IMG/VR virus record: IMGVR_UViG_3300030372_000565
Location: 1-47,288 of that record
DNA from: a virus
Taxonomy: Duplodnaviria > Caudoviricetes
Direction: 5' to 3' (one strand)
Length of the DNA: 47,288 nt
Numbering within the stretch: position 1 is the first letter of the stretch; the number at the start of each line of letters is the position of its first letter. A program made the position numbers and the translations under genes. The notes under the pieces are model-generated. The model ran no database searches and was not told the DNA's origin. It worked only from the letters and a program-made list of their open reading frames with translations. Positions 9,163 through 17,564 of the stretch are shown in pieces.

Positions 9163-11836
9163 CCATATTAAAAACGCTTTAACGGCAGCATTTGTTATAT
9201 TCTTAGCCGCAGGTGCGGTCATTGGGTTTGGATTAGGAGGAGCAACTTTCGGTACGGCTGCATTTGCAGGAACAGCCGCAGGCATGGCAGCTATTACTTT
9301 TGGTACTACACTTTTATCAAGTGTTATAGGAGGTATGACTTCCAAAGGTATTAACGCAACATCAGGAAACTTTGGTTCTAAATTTGCAGCAAGGGCAGCA
9401 ACAGCACATAGACAACTTATATATGGAAAATGCCGTGTAGGTGGAACAATAGTGCATTTAGAAACTACTGGTGTTGATAATTATATGTTACACGCTATAG
9501 TTGTATTGGCAGGTCATGAAATAGAAAGTTTAGAAAGTGTACGACTAAATGATATAGATTTGACAACTTCTTCTAGCACTATAAGCGGAAGCACAGTATT
9601 TACTGTAACTAATACAGACTTTACAAATACTGAAAACGATAACAAGTTTGATAGCAATGGAAGATTAATTAGGTTTACTTTTCAAGATGGTTCACAAACA
9701 GCAGTTGATGGTTACATGGATGCACAACTTTCTTCTATTACAACATCTGATAAGTTTTTAGATTGTGCCTATGTATATATACAAATGGTGTTTGACCCTG
9801 AAAAGTTTGGTGGTGGTATGCCACAAATGTCATTTGTAGTAAAAGGCAAAAAAGTTTATGACCCTAGAAATAGTAGTACAGCTTGGAGCGAAAATCCTGC
9901 TCTTTGTGTGAGGGATTATTTATCTAACACTACATACGGATTAAAGGCTTTAAGTTCTGAAATAAACGATACAACTAACGCAGGTGGCATAGCTGCAGCA
10001 GCAAATGCTTGTGAAGTTGATGTAACTCTAGCTGACAACAGCACAACTGAAGATAAATATACTGCTAATGGTTTTACTAACTTTGGTGCAAGTGGAAGCG
10101 GTGTATTGGAAGGCTTGCTTAGTGCTATGGCAGGAAAACTCAGCTACACAAATGGTCAATTCAATGTCTTTGCAGGCACTACACAAACTCCTTCATTAAC
10201 TATCACTGATGATAATTTATTAGCACCAGTCAATATATCAACCAATACTAATACAGGAGAATTATATAATACTGTAAAACCAGTTTTTATTGATGCAGCT
10301 AACAACTATGTAGCTACAGATGCACCAGTCTATCAAGACTCAACATTCTTAACAGAAGATACACCTAATGGAACGGCTAACGATAAACCTAATTACGTCA
10401 AACAAATGGAAAAACAATTACCATTTACGACTACACATACAATGGCTCAAAGGATAGGAAGGTTAGCTTTAAAAAACCAAAGATTAGTCACTACTATCAG
10501 TTGTTTAGTTGATCTTTCATTTATGAAATTGCAACCTGCAGATTGGGTTTATGTAACTAACGAAAGACTCGGTTATTCTCAAAAAATATTTGAAGTTGTG
10601 TCAACAAATATGGAAATTATGACAGACGGAGATGTGCCAGTTTTAGGTGTAAGACTTGCTTTAAAAGAAACAGCATCTTCAATCTTTGCATTTGCAACAA
10701 GTGATTATGCAGCAGCTATAGCACAAGGAAGCGATTTGGCTTTAGGCAGTTATGCAATGGCAGCACCTTCAAACCTTTCAGTAGCAACAGACAGCACAAC
10801 TGTAGATGCCTATAACATGACATCTGTAACTATTTCTTGGACTAATAGTGTTTCTTCTATTGTTACAGGAACAGAAGTCCAATACAAAAAGAACGCAGGG
10901 TCTACTTATTTTACTCATTCAACAGCAGGTAAAGGTGTAACCAGTGTAAACATAGCAGGCGGTATGGAAATGGGAGTCCAATATAACTTTAGGTTAAGGC
11001 ACGTTGGAGCAGTAGGAACATTCTCTACTTATACTTCTGTCGTTAATCATACAGTAGGTGGAACTGCAGTAGCTAGAAGCACTATAACAAACTCAACTGT
11101 CAATTATGGTTCTGACGGAACAGGAACATTGCCTGCTAACAGAGGTGGTACAGCAATAACAGATTTTTCAAACTCCACGCACTTAAACAGTAACACCACT
11201 TCTTCTGATGTAGGTTTAGGTAATGTACCTAACGTAGACATGAGAGATATAGGCAATGTAACTAGCGGTACATTAGCAACAGGAAGAGGAGGAACAGGAT
11301 TAACAAGTATATCTACTTTATTAAATTCTAATGTTGATGCAGAGCACGTTGGATTAGAAAACGTACCAAATGTTGATATGAGGGATATGGGTAATGCAAC
11401 TTCAGGCACATTAGCACCTGCAAGGGGTGGAACAGGTTTAACAAGCATTAGTTCCTTACAAAACAACGCTATATCTTATGCAAGTATATTATCAGCCAGT
11501 CCTGCATCTGCAGTTCAATGGATTACAAGCGATGGAGCAAGCTACTCACCAACAGGAACTACACAAAACATAACTGTAACTTTTGATGGTGGCACTTCTA
11601 CTGCAACTTGTACTGTTCAGTGGCAATACGTTAATGTATCTTCAAGCAATAATGACTATATAAGTGCTTGTGCATTTACAGGTTCTTCAACTGGATTTAC
11701 ATTAGGTAGCATCACTGACCTTTCAGGAAACAATGTTAAGTATGCAACCTGTGTAGTTACTCATACAGCAAGCAGTACAACCATTACGCTTTCAGCATTG
11801 CTTTCTTTATTAAATGTAAGTGGGGGTGGCAAGTAA
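9155..11836 (+). CDS. Tail tip / host-specificity protein (lambda J-like) with FN3-like domain
   Basis: IYGKCRVGG, VKGKKVYDPR, WSENPALCVRDYL, FN3-like segment near C-terminal third. Confidence 0.9.
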   Translation: MADHIKNALTAAFVIFLAAGAVIGFGLGGATFGTAAFAGTAAGMAAITFGTTLLSSVIGGMTSKGINATSGNFGSKFAARAATAHRQLIYGKCRVGGTIVHLETTGVDNYMLHAIVVLAGHEIESLESVRLNDIDLTTSSSTISGSTVFTVTNTDFTNTENDNKFDSNGRLIRFTFQDGSQTAVDGYMDAQLSSITTSDKFLDCAYVYIQMVFDPEKFGGGMPQMSFVVKGKKVYDPRNSSTAWSENPALCVRDYLSNTTYGLKALSSEINDTTNAGGIAAAANACEVDVTLADNSTTEDKYTANGFTNFGASGSGVLEGLLSAMAGKLSYTNGQFNVFAGTTQTPSLTITDDNLLAPVNISTNTNTGELYNTVKPVFIDAANNYVATDAPVYQDSTFLTEDTPNGTANDKPNYVKQMEKQLPFTTTHTMAQRIGRLALKNQRLVTTISCLVDLSFMKLQPADWVYVTNERLGYSQKIFEVVSTNMEIMTDGDVPVLGVRLALKETASSIFAFATSDYAAAIAQGSDLALGSYAMAAPSNLSVATDSTTVDAYNMTSVTISWTNSVSSIVTGTEVQYKKNAGSTYFTHSTAGKGVTSVNIAGGMEMGVQYNFRLRHVGAVGTFSTYTSVVNHTVGGTAVARSTITNSTVNYGSDGTGTLPANRGGTAITDFSNSTHLNSNTTSSDVGLGNVPNVDMRDIGNVTSGTLATGRGGTGLTSISTLLNSNVDAEHVGLENVPNVDMRDMGNATSGTLAPARGGTGLTSISSLQNNAISYASILSASPASAVQWITSDGASYSPTGTTQNITVTFDGGTSTATCTVQWQYVNVSSSNNDYISACAFTGSSTGFTLGSITDLSGNNVKYATCVVTHTASSTTITLSALLSLLNVSGGGK
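11206..11458 (+). repeat. Two ~135-bp tandem coding repeats in tail tip gene
   Basis: VGLGNVPNVDMRDIGNVTSGTLATGRGGTGLTSIS and VGLENVPNVDMRDMGNATSGTLAPARGGTGLTSIS. Confidence 0.85.
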
Positions 11837-12435
11837 TGACAATAATAACTGCAAGCAATGGGTATAAATACAGACCTTTAGCGGAAACAGATGAAACTTT
11901 CATAATGGAATCTTTGAAAGATTACCCTATTGGAAGTAATACCTATCAACAAAGATTAAATGAATTTTCTAATTTCCTTTATGTGACTGAAGGATTTAAT
12001 GAAACTGCAGTTAAAAATAAAACAAGTCCACAATCAATTACTATGGTTACAGAAAAGTCAGGTGGAACTGCCGTAGGATTTCAACATATAACTATAGATA
12101 ATCTTGTAGTAAATTTGGCTATGGGTGCTACTCACCCTTCACATAAAAGGCAAGGACACTCTACGGCAAGGCTTATGCTTTTAGGAGAGTTTGCTTACAC
12201 TCATTTAGGTTGTTCAGGAACATGGCTTGAAATTGTAAACACAGATGAAGTAAAGCAAGTTGCTGATACATGGAGAGGAGATATTAGTGCTGATGAAACA
12301 CAAAGAGCAAATGAAAATAAATTTGGTGATTCACAAACTTATACATTGAATAAAATACAAATAACTGCAGCAGAACACGAAACCCATAGAGCAGCACATA
12401 GCACTTGGGGTTCAATAACTTATACAATTAGCTAA
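11836..12435 (+). CDS. GNAT-like acetyltransferase-fold protein
   Basis: YRPLAETD start, VGFQHI strand, motif-A-like HPSHKRQGHST. Confidence 0.55.
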   Translation: MTIITASNGYKYRPLAETDETFIMESLKDYPIGSNTYQQRLNEFSNFLYVTEGFNETAVKNKTSPQSITMVTEKSGGTAVGFQHITIDNLVVNLAMGATHPSHKRQGHSTARLMLLGEFAYTHLGCSGTWLEIVNTDEVKQVADTWRGDISADETQRANENKFGDSQTYTLNKIQITAAEHETHRAAHSTWGSITYTIS

Positions 12436-12446
12436 AGGAGAAAGAT

Positions 12447-12833
12447 ATGAATGATGGCTCAGGAAGGTTTGGAGGAGACATGGATAGAAATGAGGTTGAA
12501 ATTGACCTTAATAAATTCATGGCATTGTTACAAGAGAAAGCTGATTTAAAAGATAGAATCAGAGAGTTAGAAGATGAAGGAACTAAAAACCCTCATCAAA
12601 AATGGATATTCTTAGCACAAGCCGTAGACTCATGGAGAATTTTTCCAAGAGCCTTTTTAACTGTGTATATCTTTTTGCTTTATTACACTGTGATGTGGTT
12701 CATGGAACTGGAAGCACCTAGTTTTGAACAATCAGGTTTAATCTCTATTGTCGTGGGTGCAGGTGCAGCGTGGTTTGGATTGTATGCAGGTACTTCAGGT
12801 TCATCTAAAAGTTTCAAAGGTGAAGATAAATAG
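12447..12833 (+). CDS. Coiled-coil plus 2-TM membrane protein (holin-like)
   Basis: AAGGAG RBS; DSWRIFPR followed by two hydrophobic helices. Confidence 0.6.
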   Translation: MNDGSGRFGGDMDRNEVEIDLNKFMALLQEKADLKDRIRELEDEGTKNPHQKWIFLAQAVDSWRIFPRAFLTVYIFLLYYTVMWFMELEAPSFEQSGLISIVVGAGAAWFGLYAGTSGSSKSFKGEDK

Positions 12834-13126
12834 TGGAAGTATTTAACTTAATTGAAGATGTTGGTTTGCCCATAGCAGGCGGTTTAGTGATGGGATATTT
12901 TATATTTCTCATTATGAAACAACTTATGGGACAACTGGTAGCTGAAATTAAAACAGTACAAGGAATTACAACTATGCTCATAACAAGGGCATCAATAATG
13001 AATAACGACATGATTCGCATTGATACAAGTGTATCTAGTGCTTTAAATTTAGCACCTGACCTAGATAGGATAGCGAGAGCAGAAAACTTTGTAGAAGATG
13101 GGAAGATAGATGCTCGCAGAGATTAA
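12833..13126 (+). CDS. Small 1-TM coiled-coil protein (YvrJ/BhlA-like)
   Basis: LIEDVGLPIAGGLVMGYFIF; translationally coupled. Confidence 0.6.
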   Translation: MEVFNLIEDVGLPIAGGLVMGYFIFLIMKQLMGQLVAEIKTVQGITTMLITRASIMNNDMIRIDTSVSSALNLAPDLDRIARAENFVEDGKIDARRD

Positions 13127-13398
13127 TGGATATAGTTGCCTTAATAGAAAAGTTTGGGTTTTCAACAGTTATGGTGGTTGGTCTTGGTTATTTCGTTTAC
13201 TTTGTTTGGCAAACTATAACCAACAAAATAGACCCTGCTGTAGACCAAATGAAAAGCACAATCATACGTTTGACCGACCAGTTACGTTTGTTAGACCAAG
13301 ATATGATACGATTACAGCAGAAGGTTAATACTGTCTTGGAGTTGAAAGAAGATGAACGAAAACAAAAAGATAAAGAAAAAAGAAGAAAACAGACCTGA
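13126..13398 (+). CDS. Small 1-TM coiled-coil protein, apparent paralog of upstream gene
   Basis: LIEKFGFSTVMVVGLGYFVY; shared DMIR motif. Confidence 0.6.
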   Translation: MDIVALIEKFGFSTVMVVGLGYFVYFVWQTITNKIDPAVDQMKSTIIRLTDQLRLLDQDMIRLQQKVNTVLELKEDERKQKDKEKRRKQT

Positions 13399-13888
13399 CG
13401 AAATACTCGTTTTGTCATCTATGATTCTTACTTTGTTAGTTTTCTTTACGGCTATATTCTTTAGCGACAAAGCAGAAAGTTCTCCAATAGTACATGAGTT
13501 TAAAAACCCTAGTTTCAGTGGTGCTAATACATCTGCACATTATTTGACAATAGACGAGCAAGAAAAAAAGAGACGAGATGAACTTGCTGAGAAAATACAA
13601 TCAGAACTAGAAGAAATAGAAAGAGAAATAGAGAACAGCACACTTAATAAATTCTTAAACAACCTACAAAGCCGTATCTTCAGTAATCTCTCAAGGGATA
13701 TATCTGATATGTTATTTGATGAAGATGGTGGTACTGGTGGAACAATAGAATTAGAAGGCAATCAAATATCATTCTCTAATGATGGAGAATATATAACCTT
13801 AACTGTTATAGCAGAAGATGGCTCTATAACAGAGATTAAAATTCCGATAGGAATATTTGGGATATGCACATCAGACTGTGGAATATAA
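13352..13888 (+). CDS. csgF: Curli assembly component CsgF-like
   Basis: Signal/TM then HEFKNPSFSG (E. coli FQFRNPNFGG), LNKFLNNLQSRI, C-terminal beta strands. Confidence 0.85.
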   Translation: MNENKKIKKKEENRPDEILVLSSMILTLLVFFTAIFFSDKAESSPIVHEFKNPSFSGANTSAHYLTIDEQEKKRRDELAEKIQSELEEIEREIENSTLNKFLNNLQSRIFSNLSRDISDMLFDEDGGTGGTIELEGNQISFSNDGEYITLTVIAEDGSITEIKIPIGIFGICTSDCGI

Positions 13889-14712
13889 TCCTAATACTAG
13901 CCTTAACAGGTTGTGCTTCTTTTGCACCGCCTAGAGCAGAGGAGTGTAAGATATTTGGTTTAACTTGCCCTGAAGATGCAAGAGTAGAAAGAGTAACATT
14001 ACAAAAATTATTAGATTTACGTCCTCCTAATCAAAAAGCAGTTGTGGCTGTATATGCTTTTGATGACTTAACTGGACAACGTAAACCTTCTAATAAGATG
14101 GCATTATTCTCAACAGCAGTAACACAAGGAGCAGAAAACTATTTAATACAGGCACTAAGGAGTGCAGGTGATGGTGAATGGTTTGTGGTTGTAGAGAGAA
14201 AAGGACTCAATAATTTAACTAAAGAAAGACAATTAATTAAATCAACAAGGGAAACCTATGATGGAAAAGGTGCTAATAAACTGAAACCTATTCTATATGC
14301 AGGTATAATCTTGGAAGGTGGTATCGTTTCCTACGAGTCTGATATAAGGACTGGTGGAAATGGTGCAAGGTATTTGGGTATTGGGAACACAAACCAATAC
14401 CGAATAGATGATGTAACTGTGTCCATGAGGGCAGTACTCGTACAGACTGGCGAAGTTATATTGAATGTAACAGTAAGCAAGACGATACTGAGTGCAGGTG
14501 TAAGCAGAGATGTTTTTAGGTTTACCGAAGTAGGTGATACTGAATTGGTAGAAATAGAAACAGGCTATACACAGACAGAAGCCACAGGGTATGCAGTTAG
14601 GTCTGCCATTGAAACGGCAGTCTACGAGTTAGTAATGGAAGGCTTACAAAAAGAGTTGTGGGATTACAATTATATTGAAGTTCCAGACTCTTTAGATGGA
14701 GTAAGAGGATAA
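13864..14712 (+). CDS. csgG: Curli secretion channel lipoprotein CsgG-like
   Basis: Lipobox LTGC; VAVYAFDDLTGQRKP, FSTAVTQG, WFVVVERKGLNNLTKERQLI, GGNGARYLGIG. Confidence 0.93.
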   Translation: MHIRLWNIILILALTGCASFAPPRAEECKIFGLTCPEDARVERVTLQKLLDLRPPNQKAVVAVYAFDDLTGQRKPSNKMALFSTAVTQGAENYLIQALRSAGDGEWFVVVERKGLNNLTKERQLIKSTRETYDGKGANKLKPILYAGIILEGGIVSYESDIRTGGNGARYLGIGNTNQYRIDDVTVSMRAVLVQTGEVILNVTVSKTILSAGVSRDVFRFTEVGDTELVEIETGYTQTEATGYAVRSAIETAVYELVMEGLQKELWDYNYIEVPDSLDGVRG

Positions 14713-15398
14713 TGAAATATTTATTACAACTTTTATTAATACTAGCTATGTCTAATCTGTGGGCAGGGAACAATGACATTTATCTGACTCAATCAGGTGG
14801 TGGAGCATTTACCCTAACGATTGACCAAATAGGCTCAAATAATTCAGTGGGTACTTCAAGCACAAGGTCTACATTTGCAGGTGCAACTATAACTGCTGAT
14901 ATAAAGCAGCAAGGTAATTCCAACAGCCTTGCAAATGCTATAGCACAGGCTGCTAGTTCTAGTTGGACTATGTACCAAATTGGTGATTCCAACAGCAGTA
15001 CAATCACGGCAGGAGGTACAGGGGCTGTAACAAGTTCTGACTTTGACTATAGTGCTACAGGTAATACCAACGTATTGACTTGGTTGCAAGGTAGTTCAAG
15101 TGCTGCTACAGGCGGAAACTTTGACGCAGTTATAACTGGTAACACAAATGATTTAAACATCAGAAGTGAAGTTATAGGAGCAGTCAATAATTGGACTATT
15201 GATGGAAATTCCAACGACATTGATGTAACTCAGATTGGAACTGACGATAAATCAATAACGGCTAGCATAACTGGTGATAGTAACAATATAGACATTGACC
15301 AAACAACAAGTGCATCAGGTGTAACGGACACAATTAATATTGTCGCAGCTTCAACAAGCGGTACGATAAACATTGACCAATGCACAAGTGGTTGCTAA
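14712..15398 (+). CDS. Secreted curlin-repeat protein 1 (CsgA/CsgB-like)
   Basis: Sec signal (LWA/GNN); QxGxxN repeats such as DQIGSNN, QQGNSN, QIGDSN. Confidence 0.75.
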   Translation: MKYLLQLLLILAMSNLWAGNNDIYLTQSGGGAFTLTIDQIGSNNSVGTSSTRSTFAGATITADIKQQGNSNSLANAIAQAASSSWTMYQIGDSNSSTITAGGTGAVTSSDFDYSATGNTNVLTWLQGSSSAATGGNFDAVITGNTNDLNIRSEVIGAVNNWTIDGNSNDIDVTQIGTDDKSITASITGDSNNIDIDQTTSASGVTDTINIVAASTSGTINIDQCTSGC

Positions 15399-16444
15399 TA
15401 GGGTTAGTATCTAGTTCTTTATATGCAGATATAGGTTCTATATCTGAACTGCGTGGGAATGGAGAAGTCTTACGCAGTCAAAACGGAGATAAGCTATTAG
15501 CTGAACTATCTCTAGGCATACTCAGTAATGATGATGTGCGTACTGGCAATGGTCGTATGGCTATACAGTTCTTAGATGATTCTGTTATTAAATTGACTGA
15601 ACATTCTAAAATAGTTGTAGACGAATACATCTATGACCCTAATCCTAGTAAATCAAAGTTGGCTCTTAACATGGCTAGTGGCACTGCTAGATTTATTACA
15701 GGTAAGCTAGGCAAGATAGATAAAAAGAATATATCCATAAAAACTCCAAGTGCCGACATCTCTATTCGTGGCACGGACTTCACAACGACAGTAGACGAAA
15801 TAGGTCGCAGTTTAATTATTCTTTTGCCTGATGAAGATGGTACAAGTTCAGGAGAAATAACAGTAGAAACTGCAGCAGGTATAGAAATCCTAAATAAGCC
15901 CTTTCAAGCGACTATGGTGAGCGTATCTGAAGCACCCCCTACCAAACCAGTCACTTTAGTAAACATGACCTTAAACTTCATTAATAACCTTTTGATAGTT
16001 AATCCTCCTGATGAAGTACAAGAAGCCGTTGATGAACAAAACAGCAAAAGCACTAATGTATTAGATGTGGACTTCTTAGAAGAAAACTTTGATGAAGATG
16101 AACTAGAAGAAGATGAACTTGAAATAGATAGGCTCTCTATAGATTTATTGAATGTAGACTTCCTAATAGATTTATTGGCTTTTATAGAGGGTGAAGAAAG
16201 AGTATCTAAAATAGGAGATGTAACGATAGAAGGCATCACTGTAGGCTTTGACCCAAAAGCACAGGTGTATAGTTTTGTAGAAGGTGAGATGCTAAATTTC
16301 TTTAGAAGTGTAGAAAATACGATAGACTTACAAATAGAAAAGAGGAGTGCTTACAACATACAAATATTAGCAGGCGGTAAGTTTATAGATATAACAGTAA
16401 ATGGTGGTGGTGATGGTACGATTATTATTAATCAGTCTGATTAG
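15380..16444 (+). CDS. Secreted FecR-domain protein with acidic linker
   Basis: Signal peptide; DDVRTG.GRMAIQFLDDS.IKL..HS, GTARF, IKTPSADISIRGTDF. Confidence 0.85.
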   Translation: MHKWLLIGLVSSSLYADIGSISELRGNGEVLRSQNGDKLLAELSLGILSNDDVRTGNGRMAIQFLDDSVIKLTEHSKIVVDEYIYDPNPSKSKLALNMASGTARFITGKLGKIDKKNISIKTPSADISIRGTDFTTTVDEIGRSLIILLPDEDGTSSGEITVETAAGIEILNKPFQATMVSVSEAPPTKPVTLVNMTLNFINNLLIVNPPDEVQEAVDEQNSKSTNVLDVDFLEENFDEDELEEDELEIDRLSIDLLNVDFLIDLLAFIEGEERVSKIGDVTIEGITVGFDPKAQVYSFVEGEMLNFFRSVENTIDLQIEKRSAYNIQILAGGKFIDITVNGGGDGTIIINQSD

Positions 16445-17195
16445 TTTTCCTCTTTTTGCAGGAAATAATGCGATTACTGTTCAGCAGAAAGGCAATGATT
16501 CTGTCATTAACATTAAGCAAGTAGGCTATACAAACAATGCCACAGTCTATTGTGGTTTAAGCAACGGAGTCTATTCAACCCATACTTGCACTAGGGCAAC
16601 AATCAATTTAAACACCACAGGTTCAGGAAATACGACTAAAGCATATTCTCAATGGTCTAATCACTCAGATAACACTTTCAATATAACTCAAGATGGTGAT
16701 AACAATTATGGGTATCTTGACCTAGATAAAGATGACAATACAGGCACTGTTACACAGACAGGCGACAGCAATCATGGTGAAATATTAATGGCAGGAGATG
16801 ACACAAACTATTCAATAACTCAAACTGGAAATAATAAATGGGCAAAGATATTGGCATTTGGAGATGATGCCACTACAACCATTACACAGTCAGGAACAGG
16901 TAATCACAACGCTTATGTCTATAACTACAACTACGCTGATGGCAATACAACGACCATAACTCAGTCAGGTAGTGGAGACCACGATGCAGATATATTTTGG
17001 TATTCAGACGCAGATGATGGAACAGCGTCTATAAATCAATCAGGCTCAGGAGACCATACAGCTAGGCTCAATTTCTATAAAGACGATTACAACGTGGCAG
17101 TAACACAAAGTGGAGCAACAGATAAATCTTTCACAGCGACCTATAACTGCGTAACAAACTGCACAAAGACTTTAACTATTACGCAATATGACTAA
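16413..17195 (+). CDS. Secreted curlin-repeat protein 2 (CsgA/CsgB-like)
   Basis: Sec signal (LFA/GNN); regular TQxGxxN repeats (TQDGDNN, TQTGDSN, TQTGNN, TQSGTGN). Confidence 0.82.
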   Translation: MVRLLLISLISFPLFAGNNAITVQQKGNDSVINIKQVGYTNNATVYCGLSNGVYSTHTCTRATINLNTTGSGNTTKAYSQWSNHSDNTFNITQDGDNNYGYLDLDKDDNTGTVTQTGDSNHGEILMAGDDTNYSITQTGNNKWAKILAFGDDATTTITQSGTGNHNAYVYNYNYADGNTTTITQSGSGDHDADIFWYSDADDGTASINQSGSGDHTARLNFYKDDYNVAVTQSGATDKSFTATYNCVTNCTKTLTITQYD

Positions 17196-17503
17196 GTTTC
17201 ATAATTCATATCGCCTTTGTTTACAAAATGCTCGCATAGCTTTTTTAGGTCTTGATAACCTTTGACTTCTAAACCGACTGGTTCTGTAATAGACCAATAC
17301 TGTCTTGTAGATAAATCACCTTTCTTTATTTTTTCATCTCCGAGACTATTGAGTTTGTCTATTTTTCTTTTGTGTTTTTTGTAAGCATTGAGACTTGCTT
17401 CAGGTGTTGTGAAAGTTTCAATTCTTTGTCCTTCTTCCATCATGTCATTGTCCCAGTCATGTTCCCACCAAGAAGTGCTCCAAGTGTAAAAATATATTTT
17501 CAT
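17192..17503 (-). CDS. Hypothetical protein, antisense gene within the curli-cyclase module
   Basis: ORF with its own sigma70-like promoter; start probably ATG 17503. Confidence 0.6.
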   Translation of the reverse strand: MKIYFYTWSTSWWEHDWDNDMMEEGQRIETFTTPEASLNAYKKHKRKIDKLNSLGDEKIKKGDLSTRQYWSITEPVGLEVKGYQDLKKLCEHFVNKGDMNYET

Positions 17504-17532
17504 AGTATGTATAATCAATTTATAAAAATGTA

Positions 17533-17561
17533 ATACTAATCCTTAATGGAATACTTGTCAA
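17533..17561 (-). promoter_or_regulatory. Sigma70-like promoter TTGACA-17-TAGTAT with operator AATCC-N5-GGAAT
   Basis: Read directly on the minus strand. Confidence 0.7.
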
Positions 17562-17564
17562 ACT

